Source: an uncultured delta proteobacterium
Lineage (GTDB): Bacteria > Desulfobacterota > Zymogenia > Zymogenales > Zymogenaceae
Length of the DNA stretch: 64,000 nt
Direction: 5' to 3'
Assembly (NCBI GenBank): GCA_963792965.1
Contig: CAWBYW010000005.1
Span: forward strand, 33,064 to 97,063
The notes under the pieces were generated by a model that made no database searches, had not been told where the DNA came from, and saw nothing but the letters and a program-made list of their open reading frames with translations. Below, in pieces: positions 19,420-29,729 of this stretch. The position numbers and the translations under genes were made by a program. Every line of letters begins with the position of its first letter. Within the stretch, counting starts at the first letter, position 1.

Positions 19420-20751
19420 TCACTCGAGCCGCGCCCCGTCTTTCTTCAGCCGGTCGCGCAGTTGGTTGACGTCTATCTCAGCTATTTTATGGCCGCCCTG
19501 AATCGCAAGGGCCGACGCCATTCCCGCGGCCTGCCCCTCGGCCATGCAGACTCCCATCACGCGGGCCGACGCCAGCGCCCCGTGATCCATCGAGATGGCC
19601 CTTCCGGTGACGAAAAGGTTATCGACCTCGTTGGGAAGCAGGCTGCGGTAGGGGACGCCGTAGTAGTGCCCCTCCTCGAGGAAGACCATGGTCGGGCCCG
19701 CGGCGTCTTCCCATTTTTCCAGCGGCCAGGACGAGAGGCACACGGCATCGTCGGACTTCTTTCCGGAAAGTACGTCTTCTTCCGTCAAGACGTATTTCCC
19801 CACGATACGCCGTGTCTCCCGTATACCGACCTGGACGGCCGTGTCGGCAAGGAAGGCGTTTTCAAAACCCGGGATCTCGTTGGTGAGGAACGATACGGCG
19901 GCCTCGGCGTCGCCCCTCCCCCTGATCTCGGCGTAGGTGATGTCGGCAATAGTGCTCCCGTCCAGCGCGCGGCCGCCCCTCTCAAGCGACGAGAGTTTGA
20001 CCATCGCCTCGCCCCGCCGGAAGGTTGGGATGACCAACCCCTGACCTACGGTAAGGGGATAGGTCTTCTTCTCTATGGCCTGCGCTATTCTTTCGTTGAG
20101 GATGTCCATACCCTTCTGCTGGTACGCGATCAGATCGATCCCCTGGACAAAGAACATCATGGTCGGGTTCATGACGAGTCCCGAAAAGTCGCCCTTTTTA
20201 GTCTTTACCCCTGCGGCCAGCGCCACGGCGGCGTCTCCGGTGGCGTCGACGTAGATGTCTCCGACAACGGCCGACAACCCCTCGGGGCTTGCCACGAGGA
20301 GTGCCCTGATCTCTGTTCCCGAGACGACGACATCGGCCACATAGCTGTGCAGCATCGGGGTGATCTTCTTTTCCCCAGCAATCAACTCGTCACAGAGTCG
20401 CTTCATATGCCAGGGGTTATAGAGGAGGGCGGTAAAACCCTGACGGATGAACGGGCCGAACGCCCCGCCTCGTTTGACGAGGGCGTCGGTCAGCTCCTTG
20501 GCGAAACCCTCGATAATATACTCGATACGATCCGGGTGATGGAGGTAGATGCCGCAGATAGTGCCCACCGAGCTCGCGGTGGCGAGGCCGCCGAAAAAGC
20601 CGTACCGCTCTATCAGGATAACCGAAAGTCCGTTCCGGGCTGCCGTGAGCGCGCAGGCCAGGCCCGACGGCCCCGCACCTGCCACCACCACGTCGGCCTT
20701 CCCGATGAGGGGGACATCTCTGCTCGGAACCTCAACACGCGTTCCTTTCAT
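19420..20751 (-). CDS. FAD-dependent oxidoreductase (FAD_oxidored/HI0933-like superfamily)
   Basis: DVVVAGAGPSG, ERYGFFGGLAT, YVDATGDA, GIRETRRIVG, VPYRSLLP...GRAIS; GGAGG before ATG 20751. Confidence 0.85.
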   Translation of the reverse strand: MKGTRVEVPSRDVPLIGKADVVVAGAGPSGLACALTAARNGLSVILIERYGFFGGLATASSVGTICGIYLHHPDRIEYIIEGFAKELTDALVKRGGAFGPFIRQGFTALLYNPWHMKRLCDELIAGEKKITPMLHSYVADVVVSGTEIRALLVASPEGLSAVVGDIYVDATGDAAVALAAGVKTKKGDFSGLVMNPTMMFFVQGIDLIAYQQKGMDILNERIAQAIEKKTYPLTVGQGLVIPTFRRGEAMVKLSSLERGGRALDGSTIADITYAEIRGRGDAEAAVSFLTNEIPGFENAFLADTAVQVGIRETRRIVGKYVLTEEDVLSGKKSDDAVCLSSWPLEKWEDAAGPTMVFLEEGHYYGVPYRSLLPNEVDNLFVTGRAISMDHGALASARVMGVCMAEGQAAGMASALAIQGGHKIAEIDVNQLRDRLKKDGARLE

Positions 20752-20764
20752 AACATCCTCCAAA

Positions 20765-21808
20765 TCACGGGATATCCCTCATCAATGTGCCTAAATACTC
20801 GTTCTGCCGATATTCCGTGTGAGGGAGCTTGGGGGTCTGTATAAGGTGCTTTCTTAGATTTGCCTTATCAAAATCGACCACCATCGCAAGGCGTGTCCCG
20901 GAGCGGACAATGGGTTGATGACTGACGCCGGTGACGATCCCGGAAAGCGGCGAGGGGATATCACGTGAATCGAAGCTCGTGGGGTCGATGATATCGCCTA
21001 TCGTGCTTCCTTCTCGGACGAAGTGCCCGAGGGTGACGGCGGGCTTGAAGATTCCACCGATGGGGCTCCTGATCCATGCCTCGTTGGAGGCAAGGAGTAT
21101 CTGTCTGTCCGGGACCTGGGCGGTCCCCTTGATCATCCCGAGGACGGTCATCACGTTCTTGGCGGCCGTGGTTCCTACCAGAACATCGGTCCTTGTGATC
21201 ATTCCGGCGGCCCCGATCTCGATAGTGACGCAGGGGATCCCGATTTTAAACGCCTCGGTCTGGAGCATCCCCTTGATGGACGGTCCTTTCCAGACGGCGT
21301 TGATGCCCGTGGATGCTACCTGTGCCAGAAACTGCTTTGTTGGACGCTCAACGCGCACTCTGATATGGGGGATCAGCTCGTCGGGAAATTCGGCGGAGTG
21401 GATGTCGAGAATATAATCGGCCCGGCGGACAAAGGTAAGAAAAAAGCGGTGGGCGATCCGCTCGGTCATCGTTCCTTCCGGGTCGCCGGGGAAAACGCGG
21501 TTCATGTCGACGTTGTCATAAGGGTCCCAGCGCAGCCCGGAGTTGAAGGCCATGGGGTTGACAATCGGAACGGCAAGGAGGTTTCCCGAAAGGGCCCCGG
21601 GATCGATCTCGTCGACGATCTTACGCACGACTTCCACGCCGACCACCTCGTTGCCGTGTACCGCGGCGTTCAACAACAACGTCGGCCCTTTACGATTCCC
21701 CCACAGTCCGAAATAGTGCAGGCATATCTCCTGGCGGTTGGCACTCTCTGCGATAGTGAATCGTCCGGATACTCTCTTACCGGATTGGTAGCTCAGATCG
21801 TCGAACAC
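20765..21808 (-). CDS. Succinylglutamate desuccinylase/aspartoacylase (AstE/AspA) family deacylase
   Basis: AAVHGNEVVG, PIVNP, DMNRVFPGDPEG, DIHSA, TIEIG; C-terminal hybrid-like domain. Confidence 0.85.
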   Translation of the reverse strand: MFDDLSYQSGKRVSGRFTIAESANRQEICLHYFGLWGNRKGPTLLLNAAVHGNEVVGVEVVRKIVDEIDPGALSGNLLAVPIVNPMAFNSGLRWDPYDNVDMNRVFPGDPEGTMTERIAHRFFLTFVRRADYILDIHSAEFPDELIPHIRVRVERPTKQFLAQVASTGINAVWKGPSIKGMLQTEAFKIGIPCVTIEIGAAGMITRTDVLVGTTAAKNVMTVLGMIKGTAQVPDRQILLASNEAWIRSPIGGIFKPAVTLGHFVREGSTIGDIIDPTSFDSRDIPSPLSGIVTGVSHQPIVRSGTRLAMVVDFDKANLRKHLIQTPKLPHTEYRQNEYLGTLMRDIP

Positions 21809-22832
21809 GGGCCTTGTTCTCCTTCACGACCTTGATCAATCTATCACGGGTCGTGCGTGAGTCGTCGAAAATGGGGACCTTCATTCGCTCGGCCGCTTCT
21901 TCCATGAAGAGCGGCATCGAGCTGATAATCCCCGAGATATAGTCCGGGACGAGGGCGTGCGCCTTCTTGAGATAGGTGACCATTCCGTACGCGGAGACGC
22001 TGTCGGTCGCACATGCGATGATCATCCTGACGTTCGCCATGATTTTCTTCGAGGAAAGGACGAGCTCGACCTCACGCTGGAACACCCCGTCGGCCGCCTC
22101 CATGACTATGGTCCGGGCGCCTCGATCGCCAAGATACCCCGTGAGCGCCTCGAAAATACGTTCGAGATCACTCTGAGAACAGCCCGAGGTGGAAGGGTAG
22201 CCCACATCAAGGAAGTCCGCGACATCGACGGCATGAGCGCCCTTCATCTTGAAGAGATCTTTCATTCGAGAGGTACCTGTCAGTTTGGCCCCTCCGACGG
22301 GAAAATCGGCAGCGGACAGTATCTGGATGGCAAAGGCGGCGCTCGTCGTCTTTCCCGAATCCATGGACGATCCAACGACCAGGATTACACCAGGGGCGGC
22401 GCCCCGCCGCTGCGCCGCGATCGGGGAGTCGAAGGTCGAGAGTCTCTTTCCCGAGCCGTCCACCGCGTGGCCGAGGTAGCCCAGCACCGTGGGACCGGAG
22501 GCCGCGCTCGTCCGGGGGATCACATGCCCCGCCACGCCGCCCGTATTGAGAAGATCGAAGCTATCGCCTTCTTTCAGTCTGGCCGGTACTTCGCCGTGAA
22601 ACTCGGCGGTGGAATAGCGGCTCCCAAGGACGACGGCGCAGATAGTGCCCGGAGACAACGGATGCTCCGTCCCGACCGCATCCTCTATCGCCCGGTGTCG
22701 GCCTACCGACAGGACCCTCGCGAGGACGACATCCCCCACCATCGGAGCACCGTCGATCGAGCACGCCTCCTGCTCAAGGGAGATCGCGGTCCTCCTCGTT
22801 GCCGAGCTGGCAACAGCGATCGAAAACTTCAT
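21777..22832 (-). CDS. DUF1611-like P-loop protein
   Basis: GDVVLARV...GSRYSTAEFHG...LLNTGGVAG; GSSMDSGKTT, GAKLTGT, DFLDVGYPST, EAADGVFQRE. Confidence 0.7.
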   Translation of the reverse strand: MKFSIAVASSATRRTAISLEQEACSIDGAPMVGDVVLARVLSVGRHRAIEDAVGTEHPLSPGTICAVVLGSRYSTAEFHGEVPARLKEGDSFDLLNTGGVAGHVIPRTSAASGPTVLGYLGHAVDGSGKRLSTFDSPIAAQRRGAAPGVILVVGSSMDSGKTTSAAFAIQILSAADFPVGGAKLTGTSRMKDLFKMKGAHAVDVADFLDVGYPSTSGCSQSDLERIFEALTGYLGDRGARTIVMEAADGVFQREVELVLSSKKIMANVRMIIACATDSVSAYGMVTYLKKAHALVPDYISGIISSMPLFMEEAAERMKVPIFDDSRTTRDRLIKVVKENKARVRRSELPIR

Positions 22833-23105
22833 TTTGAGATGGTAATATATTTAATACCGATTTACAAGAAAAAGAAACGAGACCGGGACAAAAGCGCTCA
22901 ACCCTTAAATGCGGCCTATCGTCCCAAATTCCTTGACTTCTTAGACGATCTGCCTATAAGATAATTAAGTTTCTTTCACCCATGCCCGATCTGGCACGGC
23001 CGGGATACGTGACCGCGCCGGGGCGCCGTGAATCAAACAGCACAGAGGAGATCGATAGCTGCTATCGCTCTGTTCCACCAAGAGCGCACGTAGAGTGAGC
23101 ACTCA

Positions 23106-24179
23106 ATGGACAAAACCGAAAAGATAAGATTTGCGATTGTCGGTTGCGGACGGATCAGTGACCTCCACGCCCGGGCCTATGAGGGATCCCCGGATGCCGA
23201 GATCTTCGCCGTCTGCGACGTCGACGAGGAGCGGGCGCGCCGGAAAAAAGAGGAGTGGGGCGCCGCGAAGGTCTATTCCGATTACGAAAAACTCCTGGCC
23301 GATCCCGAGATCGAGGCCCTCAAGCTCCTCGTCCCCCACCATCTGCACGCCGAGATGACGATTGCCGCCGCGCAGTCTAAGAAACACGTGAGCGTCCAGA
23401 AACCGATGGCAACCTCCGTCACCGAAGCGCGGTCGATGATCGCCGCCGCCAAAAAGAACGGTGTCCTGTTGAAGGTCTTCGAAAACTTCGTCTTTTATCC
23501 CCCATACGTAAGAGCAAGAGAGCTCGTAGCCTCAGGCGCCATCGGGAGGCTCATCACGGTGAGGATGAAGATGATCTCCGCCGGACACGGAGGGTGGACG
23601 GTCCCGGGCGAGTCCTGACTCTGGCGTCTGGACAAGGCAAAATCGGGGGGCGGGATTATCATCTTCGACGACGGCTATCGTAAGTTCTCTCAGGCCTACG
23701 ACATCGGGGGAGAGGTCGAGAAGGTGTTTGCCTGGATCGACTATACCGACACGGTAGTTGACGCCCCATCCTTCGTCCTTTGGAAATACCGGGAGGGCGT
23801 CGCGGCGCGCTACGGGCAGTACGACATGACGTTTGCCCCCAACCTCTTCATCAACTCACGCTACTACCCCGCCGACGACAGAATGGAGCTCGTCGGGAGC
23901 GAAGGTATCATCTGGATCAACAGATTCCACGGTAATATGCTCCAGGAGCCGTCGCTCGTGCTCTACCGGGAAGGAGAGACACGATCGTTTGAAGCGCTCA
24001 GAGACGACTGGGGCAACTCCTTTATCGACTCCGGGCGCGACTTCTTCCGCTGTATCAAAGAAGAAAGAGAGCCCACGCTTTCAGGTGAGGTCGGCCTCAA
24101 GGTTCTCCAGTTCTCGCTGGCCCCGGAGATATCGAGCCGCGAGAAGCGCGAGGTCGAGCCGTCTACGATCGACCTCTAG
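23106..24179 (+). pseudogene. Gfo/Idh/MocA oxidoreductase interrupted by an in-frame TGA (23616-23618)
   Basis: IVGCGRISDLH, PHHLH, VQKPMA; 23106 and 23724 ORFs are in the same frame, reading GES*LWRLDKAKSGGG through the stop. Confidence 0.75.
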
Positions 24180-24269
24180 TGAGCACAAAAAGAAAAAAAT
24201 CCTTTCCCCCGTATAACAAAAGTGGTATATATGATTGATTTCAATGGCAACAGGAGGAATGATACGATT

Positions 24270-25334
24270 ATGAGAGAGATTGAGGTCGCCCTCGTGAGGG
24301 TGCCCGAACATAAAAAGGATAATAATGACGCGATCAGGGATAAGTTTTCCCATCTCATCGAGATGGCTGGGGGCCTTTCGTTCGTCAGCCGCGGCCAAAG
24401 CGTCCTCATAAAGCCGTCGGTAAACTCCGGCAGGCCCTACCCCGCCACGTCCGACCCTAAGATTATCTCGATGCTCATTGATCTGCTGGTGGAGAAGGCC
24501 CCGTCGGCGATTCTTGTCGCCGATAAATCCGCATTCTTCAGAAATACGAAGAAAACCTTCAAGTCTACGGGGATCGCCGCCGCCGTCACCGAGGCGGCGA
24601 AGAAATATCCCGAGATTCCTATCAAGCTCATTACCTTTGACGACTATATATATCGAGACCGTAACCTCCCCAAAGAGATTGAGGATAAGTGGGAGATCCT
24701 GCCCGACAAGTACCTCTTCAGGATGCCCAAGATGCTCTACGAGCCGGACCCCTATCTGAGACAGCAGAAGCTCCCGGCAAAGATCGATCATATCGTCGTG
24801 CTGGCAAACGTCAAGACGCATTTCCTGGCGGGCATCTCCATGGGGATGAAGAGCTACGTCGGTTTCATGGACAAACCGAGCCGCCGCCTCCTCCACAAGC
24901 TCCCTCGCAAGAACTTCCTCCGATTAGCAAAAATAGGACCGTTCGACAAGGAACACCTCCAGGAGCGGATCGCCGAGATCCTGAGCCTTACCCCGCTCCC
25001 TAAGCTCGTAATCCTGGACGGACGTGAGCCGATCATCACCGGCGGGCCGGACTCGAACAACCGGATACAACCGCTCCCCTCTATGAGAAAGAACCCGTAC
25101 ACCGGCGTGATGCTGGCGGGGCCGGACGTCGTCGCGGTGGACGCGGCGGGTGTCGCCCTCCTCAAGACCCAGAAGAGAGTCTCGCGATGGGTCAGAAAAA
25201 ATTCGATCTGGGAGATGCCCACCTTTCGCCGGATGCGCGAGCTCTCCATAGGCGCCGTTCAGGCCGATAAGATTTATCTTCAGGCCGATAGTGATGACGA
25301 GCTTTTTACGGAGATGGCCTGGTTCCTTCAGTGA
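24270..25334 (+). CDS. DUF362 domain protein
   Basis: VLIKPSVNS...TSDP, ANVKTH...MGMKSYVG, ILDG...GGP, DVVAVDA; alternative start 24222. Confidence 0.75.
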   Translation: MREIEVALVRVPEHKKDNNDAIRDKFSHLIEMAGGLSFVSRGQSVLIKPSVNSGRPYPATSDPKIISMLIDLLVEKAPSAILVADKSAFFRNTKKTFKSTGIAAAVTEAAKKYPEIPIKLITFDDYIYRDRNLPKEIEDKWEILPDKYLFRMPKMLYEPDPYLRQQKLPAKIDHIVVLANVKTHFLAGISMGMKSYVGFMDKPSRRLLHKLPRKNFLRLAKIGPFDKEHLQERIAEILSLTPLPKLVILDGREPIITGGPDSNNRIQPLPSMRKNPYTGVMLAGPDVVAVDAAGVALLKTQKRVSRWVRKNSIWEMPTFRRMRELSIGAVQADKIYLQADSDDELFTEMAWFLQ

Positions 25335-25397
25335 GAACCCGACCGCTCGTTTGAGGCCGCAGCATAGGTCCGTATGCGATCCGGGTAAGGATATGTC

Positions 25398-25928
25398 ATG
25401 AGTACGCTCGACATCATCATCATCGTCGTCGTCGGTGCAAGCTCCATCCTCAGCGCCATGAAGGGATTCATCCGGGATATCTTTTCGGTGATCGCCCTGA
25501 TCACGGGAATCATCGTCGCCTTTTTCTTTTATGCCGACGGCGCGCCTTATGTCGGTGCGGTCATCAATGAGCCCACGATCTCGCGGATCATCAGCTTTAC
25601 CGTAATCTTTATTGCCGTATCAGCCGTCGTCTCAATCATCGGCCACTTCCTCTCTCGGACGATCGCGGGCTCCGAACTCTCTCCCTATGATCGGGCTGCA
25701 GGCGCCTGTTTTGGCTTGTTAAAGGGGCTCGTCCTTACCGCCGTCATACTCTTCTTCATTTCTATCTTCATGCCCGACGCGGTCAGCAAGTCAAGGCTTT
25801 CTGGGCCTATCCTGCGTGGCACCGACATTGCTGTCAAACTCCTTCCCCAGGGCGTCAAAAAAAATATCGATGAAGCCCGAAAAGGCCTCCAGCAGATTAA
25901 GGCCGAAACAACGATTCCGAAAAAGTAA
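25398..25928 (+). CDS. cvpA: CvpA family membrane protein
   Basis: LDIIII...KGFIRDIFS, DRAAGACFGLLKG, SRLSG. Confidence 0.85.
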   Translation: MSTLDIIIIVVVGASSILSAMKGFIRDIFSVIALITGIIVAFFFYADGAPYVGAVINEPTISRIISFTVIFIAVSAVVSIIGHFLSRTIAGSELSPYDRAAGACFGLLKGLVLTAVILFFISIFMPDAVSKSRLSGPILRGTDIAVKLLPQGVKKNIDEARKGLQQIKAETTIPKK

Positions 25929-26003
25929 CGGCGCTGCATATATCCGATAAATCATCACCACTTTTCTTATCTGTAACCGTATCACTCAGACGGGAGGTCA
26001 ATC

Positions 26004-28387
26004 ATGAAAGTCTTCAAAGTATTCCTTATCGTTGTCGCGGCCCTTGTCATCGCGGGATACGCCTTTTACCAGATATTCTTCCGTGCGGCTCTCCCCAACT
26101 ACACCGGTACCATCCAGATCAAAGGGCTCACGGCCCCGGTAGAGGTGCATACCGACGACTACGGCGTCCCCCATCTCTTCGCTAAAAACGATCACGACCT
26201 TTTCTTCGCCCAGGGCTATATTACCGCCCGGGAGAGGATGTTCGAGATGGACGCGACGCGGCTCGCCGGCCGGGGGAGCTGTCCACCCTCTTTGGCGAAG
26301 CCACTCTCGAAAGCGACAAGTACCTTAAGACACTGGGCTTCTATCGAGTGGCGAAGAAGGAGTGGGCGGGTATGCGCCAACAGGACAAGGACCTTATTGT
26401 CGCCTACACGGACGGTGTCAATACCTATCTCGCCACCGTCAAGAGGCTCCCCCGCGAATACGCAATCCTCGGCACAAAGCCGGTGCCATGGGCGCCCGAA
26501 GACACAGTCGTCTGTGGGACGCTCATGGCGTACAGTCTCACCCGCTCAGTGAAGGCCGACCTTATGCTCTATCAGATCGGCGAGAAAGCGGGACCCGACG
26601 TATTGAGGTATCTGAAGCCGAGTTTCCCGGACTTTGCGCCGACCGTCTCAATGAAGACCGATTCCCCGGCTCGTACGAACCTTACCGGCACTGTCGCCCT
26701 GGTCTCGCTACCGTCATCTCCCCCTGGCACTGACTACACCCCCCTGTACCCTCCACAGGTGCCTGCAAGCAACTGGATGATCTTTTCTCCCTCAAAGACC
26801 ACAACGGGCGGGGCAATCTTTACCGGAAGCCCCGATCTCGAACCGAAGATACCGGCCCTCTTCTACCTCATCCACCTGAGCTCGCCTACCTATAACGTCA
26901 TCGGCGGGTCGATCCCCGGGACCCCGGGGATTACCGTGCTGGGCTTCAACGGCACTTTCGCGTGGAGCACGGTCAACGGGAGAGGAGACGAGCTCGACTA
27001 TTTTGTCGAGAAAATCAACCCCACAAACCCCAACCAGTACCTGACCGAGGACGGCTATAAGGACTTTGAGCTGATCCAGGAAACGCTGAAGATCAAGACG
27101 AAGGGAGGGATCAGGGAGGAAAAGATGACCGTGAAGCTCTCGCGACACGGCCCGATTATCTCCGACGTGATACCCCTTGCCCCCCCGAACACCGCCATGA
27201 AGTGGGTAGGATTTGAGCCCGCGGGCGTCTTCCAGGCGTTTTTTGAGCTCGATCGGGCAAAGAATTTCGATGAGTTCCGCAAAGCCCTCTCCGTCATGAA
27301 AACGCCCACCCTCAATATCGGATACGCGGACATCAACGGTAACATCGGCTACCAGTACATCGCCTCGGTCCCGATCCGCATGCAGGGCGACGGTACGCTG
27401 CCCGTGCCGGGATGGGACGGGAAATCCGAGTGGGTAGGTTACGTTCCCTTCGAGGAGCTCCCCTATGATTATAACCCGGCCAAGGGTTACCTCGGCGCTT
27501 TCAACAACCTGCCTAAGGCGCTGTCCTACTCCATCACCAACTACTATCTCTTCGAACGCGCGATGCGCTTCGATGAGATCATGAAGGGCACCGAAAAGGT
27601 AAGCATTGAACAGGCACGGGGCTTTCAGACGGACACCGGATCGGTCGTGGCCGAGCGGTGGGTTCCCTTCATTACGGCCGCATGCGGAAAGGTCAAGGAG
27701 CTCAAGGATCCCCTTGCCCTTTTTGACGGCTGGGACTTCACCATCGACAGGAAGAGTGCGGCTGCCGCCCTCTTTGACGCCTTCTACTTCCACATGATGA
27801 AAAATACCATCGAGGACGAGATCGGGGGCGACCTCTTCATGCAGCTCTCGACGGACTATCATATCTATATGATCGACGAGATGCTGACCAAGAACATCGG
27901 TAACCGCGACTTCATCCTCTTTGACGACATCACGACACCGGGCGTGAAGGAGAACCGCGACGACATCATCGTGAAGAGCATGAAGGACGCAGTCGCGGAG
28001 CTGGCCGACCGCATCGGGAAAAACCCCAAGGAGTGGCGATGGGGAGACATCCACCGGATGACCTTTAAGCACCCGATGGGCAAGAAACTTCCCTTCTTCA
28101 ACCTCTCACCGATCCCGATCTCCGGGGATGACTTCACGATCGGCGCCGGCGCCTGGGATAATGCGCACCCCTACGACATGACCTCGGGGGGCGTCATCAG
28201 GATGATCGTCGATTTTTCCAACATCGAAAACTCCACCTTCGTCTCCCCACCGGGCCAGTCCGGACTCCTCAAGAGCCCGCATTACGGTGATCAGGCGCGG
28301 CTCTGGGCGGACGGTCGGCAGATACCGATGCATTACGACACCGGAAAGGACCTCAAGAGAGTGCTGATTCTCAATCCGGCGCCATAA
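26004..28387 (+). CDS. Penicillin acylase family (S45 Ntn hydrolase), frameshift ~26273
   Basis: DDYGVPHLFA...FAQGYITARERMFEMD...GR[G]EL; beta-chain start SNWMIFSPSKT; SRHGPIIS; PPGQSG...PHYGDQ; G5 run one base short. Confidence 0.85.
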
Positions 28388-28420
28388 CGGATCGAGAACT
28401 GATATCTCTGACTATCGCTT

Positions 28421-28453
28421 AAAGGGCATCCGGGCTTACCCGGATGCCCTTTT
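28421..28453 (+). terminator. Intrinsic terminator
   Basis: AAAGGGCATCCGGG-CTTA-CCCGGATGCCCTTTT. Confidence 0.8.
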
Positions 28454-28695
28454 GTCACCGGGTAGGCCGAATCGTCGACGGGCTTCCTTTATCGGTGCCA
28501 CCCTACAAGGGACGGTTTTCCTCGGCTCGGCCGCATCGAAACGGTCTCGTGATCACCCTCTTTGCACTATACTTCTTGTAAAGGCGGCCGTCGTATGCTA
28601 TCGTACTATCGTTTTACCTGCCGGGTTCGGAGGTTATTGGCGGGGCGCCCATGCAACGGACCCCGTATATCATCTAACAGAAGAAAGGAGACCCC

Positions 28696-29598
28696 ATGAA
28701 GGCATGGATAAACGGTGAGATGACCGGGTGGGAAACTGCCACGGTTCCGCTCCTCTCACACAGCTTTTCCCGCGGCTCGGCGATCTTCGAAGTCGTGGAT
28801 ATCGTCAACACCGAGGCCGGCCCTGCCCTCTTCGGACTTCCCGAGCACGTCGACCGATTTTTTAACTCCGCCGCCCTCACCTACATGGAGCTCCCCATCG
28901 CGAAAAAAGAGCTCACCGAGGCGGTCCTGGCCACAGCCAAGGAGAACGGCGTCAAGAACGGTGCCGCGAAATTCTTCGCGTACTATCCCCTCATCGAATT
29001 TTCGGTTCTCCCCACAAATCCAAAGATTGACGTGGCGATCTTCTGTCTCGACTATGACCTTTTCGGCGTCAAACAGGAGATCCTCTCCTCGCCGGTGAAA
29101 GTGGGGATCTCGGCGCTGAAGAAGTTCCACCCCCAGACCGTCCCTATTCACGCAAAGGTCGTCGGTAATTACGTTAACGCCTATCTTGCCAAGATGGAGG
29201 TGAAGAAGAGGGGCTTTGATGACGTGATTATGCTGGACACAGACGGCTTCGTGGCGGAGGGGGCGACCTCTAACGTATTTTTCGTGGCCGGCAATCAGGT
29301 AACGACGCCCACGCTGAGATCGGCCCTGCCCGGCATCACACGTCACGCTCTCATCGAGATCATCAGGGATATGGGCCATGAGATGATCGAGGGCGACATC
29401 CAGCCCGAAAAACTCTATACGTTCGACGAGGCCTTCTACTCGGGGAGCATCGTAAAGGTGCAGCCGATCGTCTCCATCGACGGAAAGACCCTCTGTGCAT
29501 CATGCCCCGGCCCGATTACGTGCGCCATCAAGGAGCGGATGAAGGACGCCATGGGGGGGAAGATAGAGAAGTACAGAAAATGGCTGACGATCATTTAA
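28696..29598 (+). CDS. ilvE: Branched-chain amino acid aminotransferase (class IV)
   Basis: AWINGE, HAKVVGNYVN, EGATSNVF, LPGITR, DEAFYSGS. Confidence 0.85.
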   Translation: MKAWINGEMTGWETATVPLLSHSFSRGSAIFEVVDIVNTEAGPALFGLPEHVDRFFNSAALTYMELPIAKKELTEAVLATAKENGVKNGAAKFFAYYPLIEFSVLPTNPKIDVAIFCLDYDLFGVKQEILSSPVKVGISALKKFHPQTVPIHAKVVGNYVNAYLAKMEVKKRGFDDVIMLDTDGFVAEGATSNVFFVAGNQVTTPTLRSALPGITRHALIEIIRDMGHEMIEGDIQPEKLYTFDEAFYSGSIVKVQPIVSIDGKTLCASCPGPITCAIKERMKDAMGGKIEKYRKWLTII

Positions 29599-29616
29599 TC
29601 GGAGAATAGATACAAT

Positions 29617-29642
29617 GAGGGGCGGCCCAAGGGCCGCCCCTC
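29617..29642. terminator. GC-rich hairpin between convergent genes
   Basis: GAGGGGCGGCCC-AA-GGGCCGCCCCTC. Confidence 0.65.
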
Positions 29643-29729
29643 TGTCTGTTCATCCCCACCTTGCGGGCATTGAGGGCCACCTCCCGGAGCGCCCTCCGTA
29701 CCGCCCTCCGAGAAGAACCTCCGGCGCCC

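Noticed and set aside
19342-20844. 500-aa plus-strand ORF
   Set aside because: Antisense shadow of the FAD oxidoreductase; no recognisable motifs; expected in GC-rich DNA.
22992-23007. TGGCAC as a possible sigma54 -24 element
   Set aside because: No GC at the -12 position (AT instead).
23616-23618. Genome-wide UGA recoding (code 4/25)
   Set aside because: TGA terminates many intact genes here and Trp is encoded by TGG.
26265-26285. Programmed ribosomal frameshifting in the acylase, MEMO1, glpD, zur, NMO and porin genes
   Set aside because: No shared slippery heptamer or stimulator; indels are scattered over unrelated families, which fits sequencing error better.
26792-28072. 426-aa minus-strand ORF
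   Set aside because: Antisense shadow of the S45 acylase.
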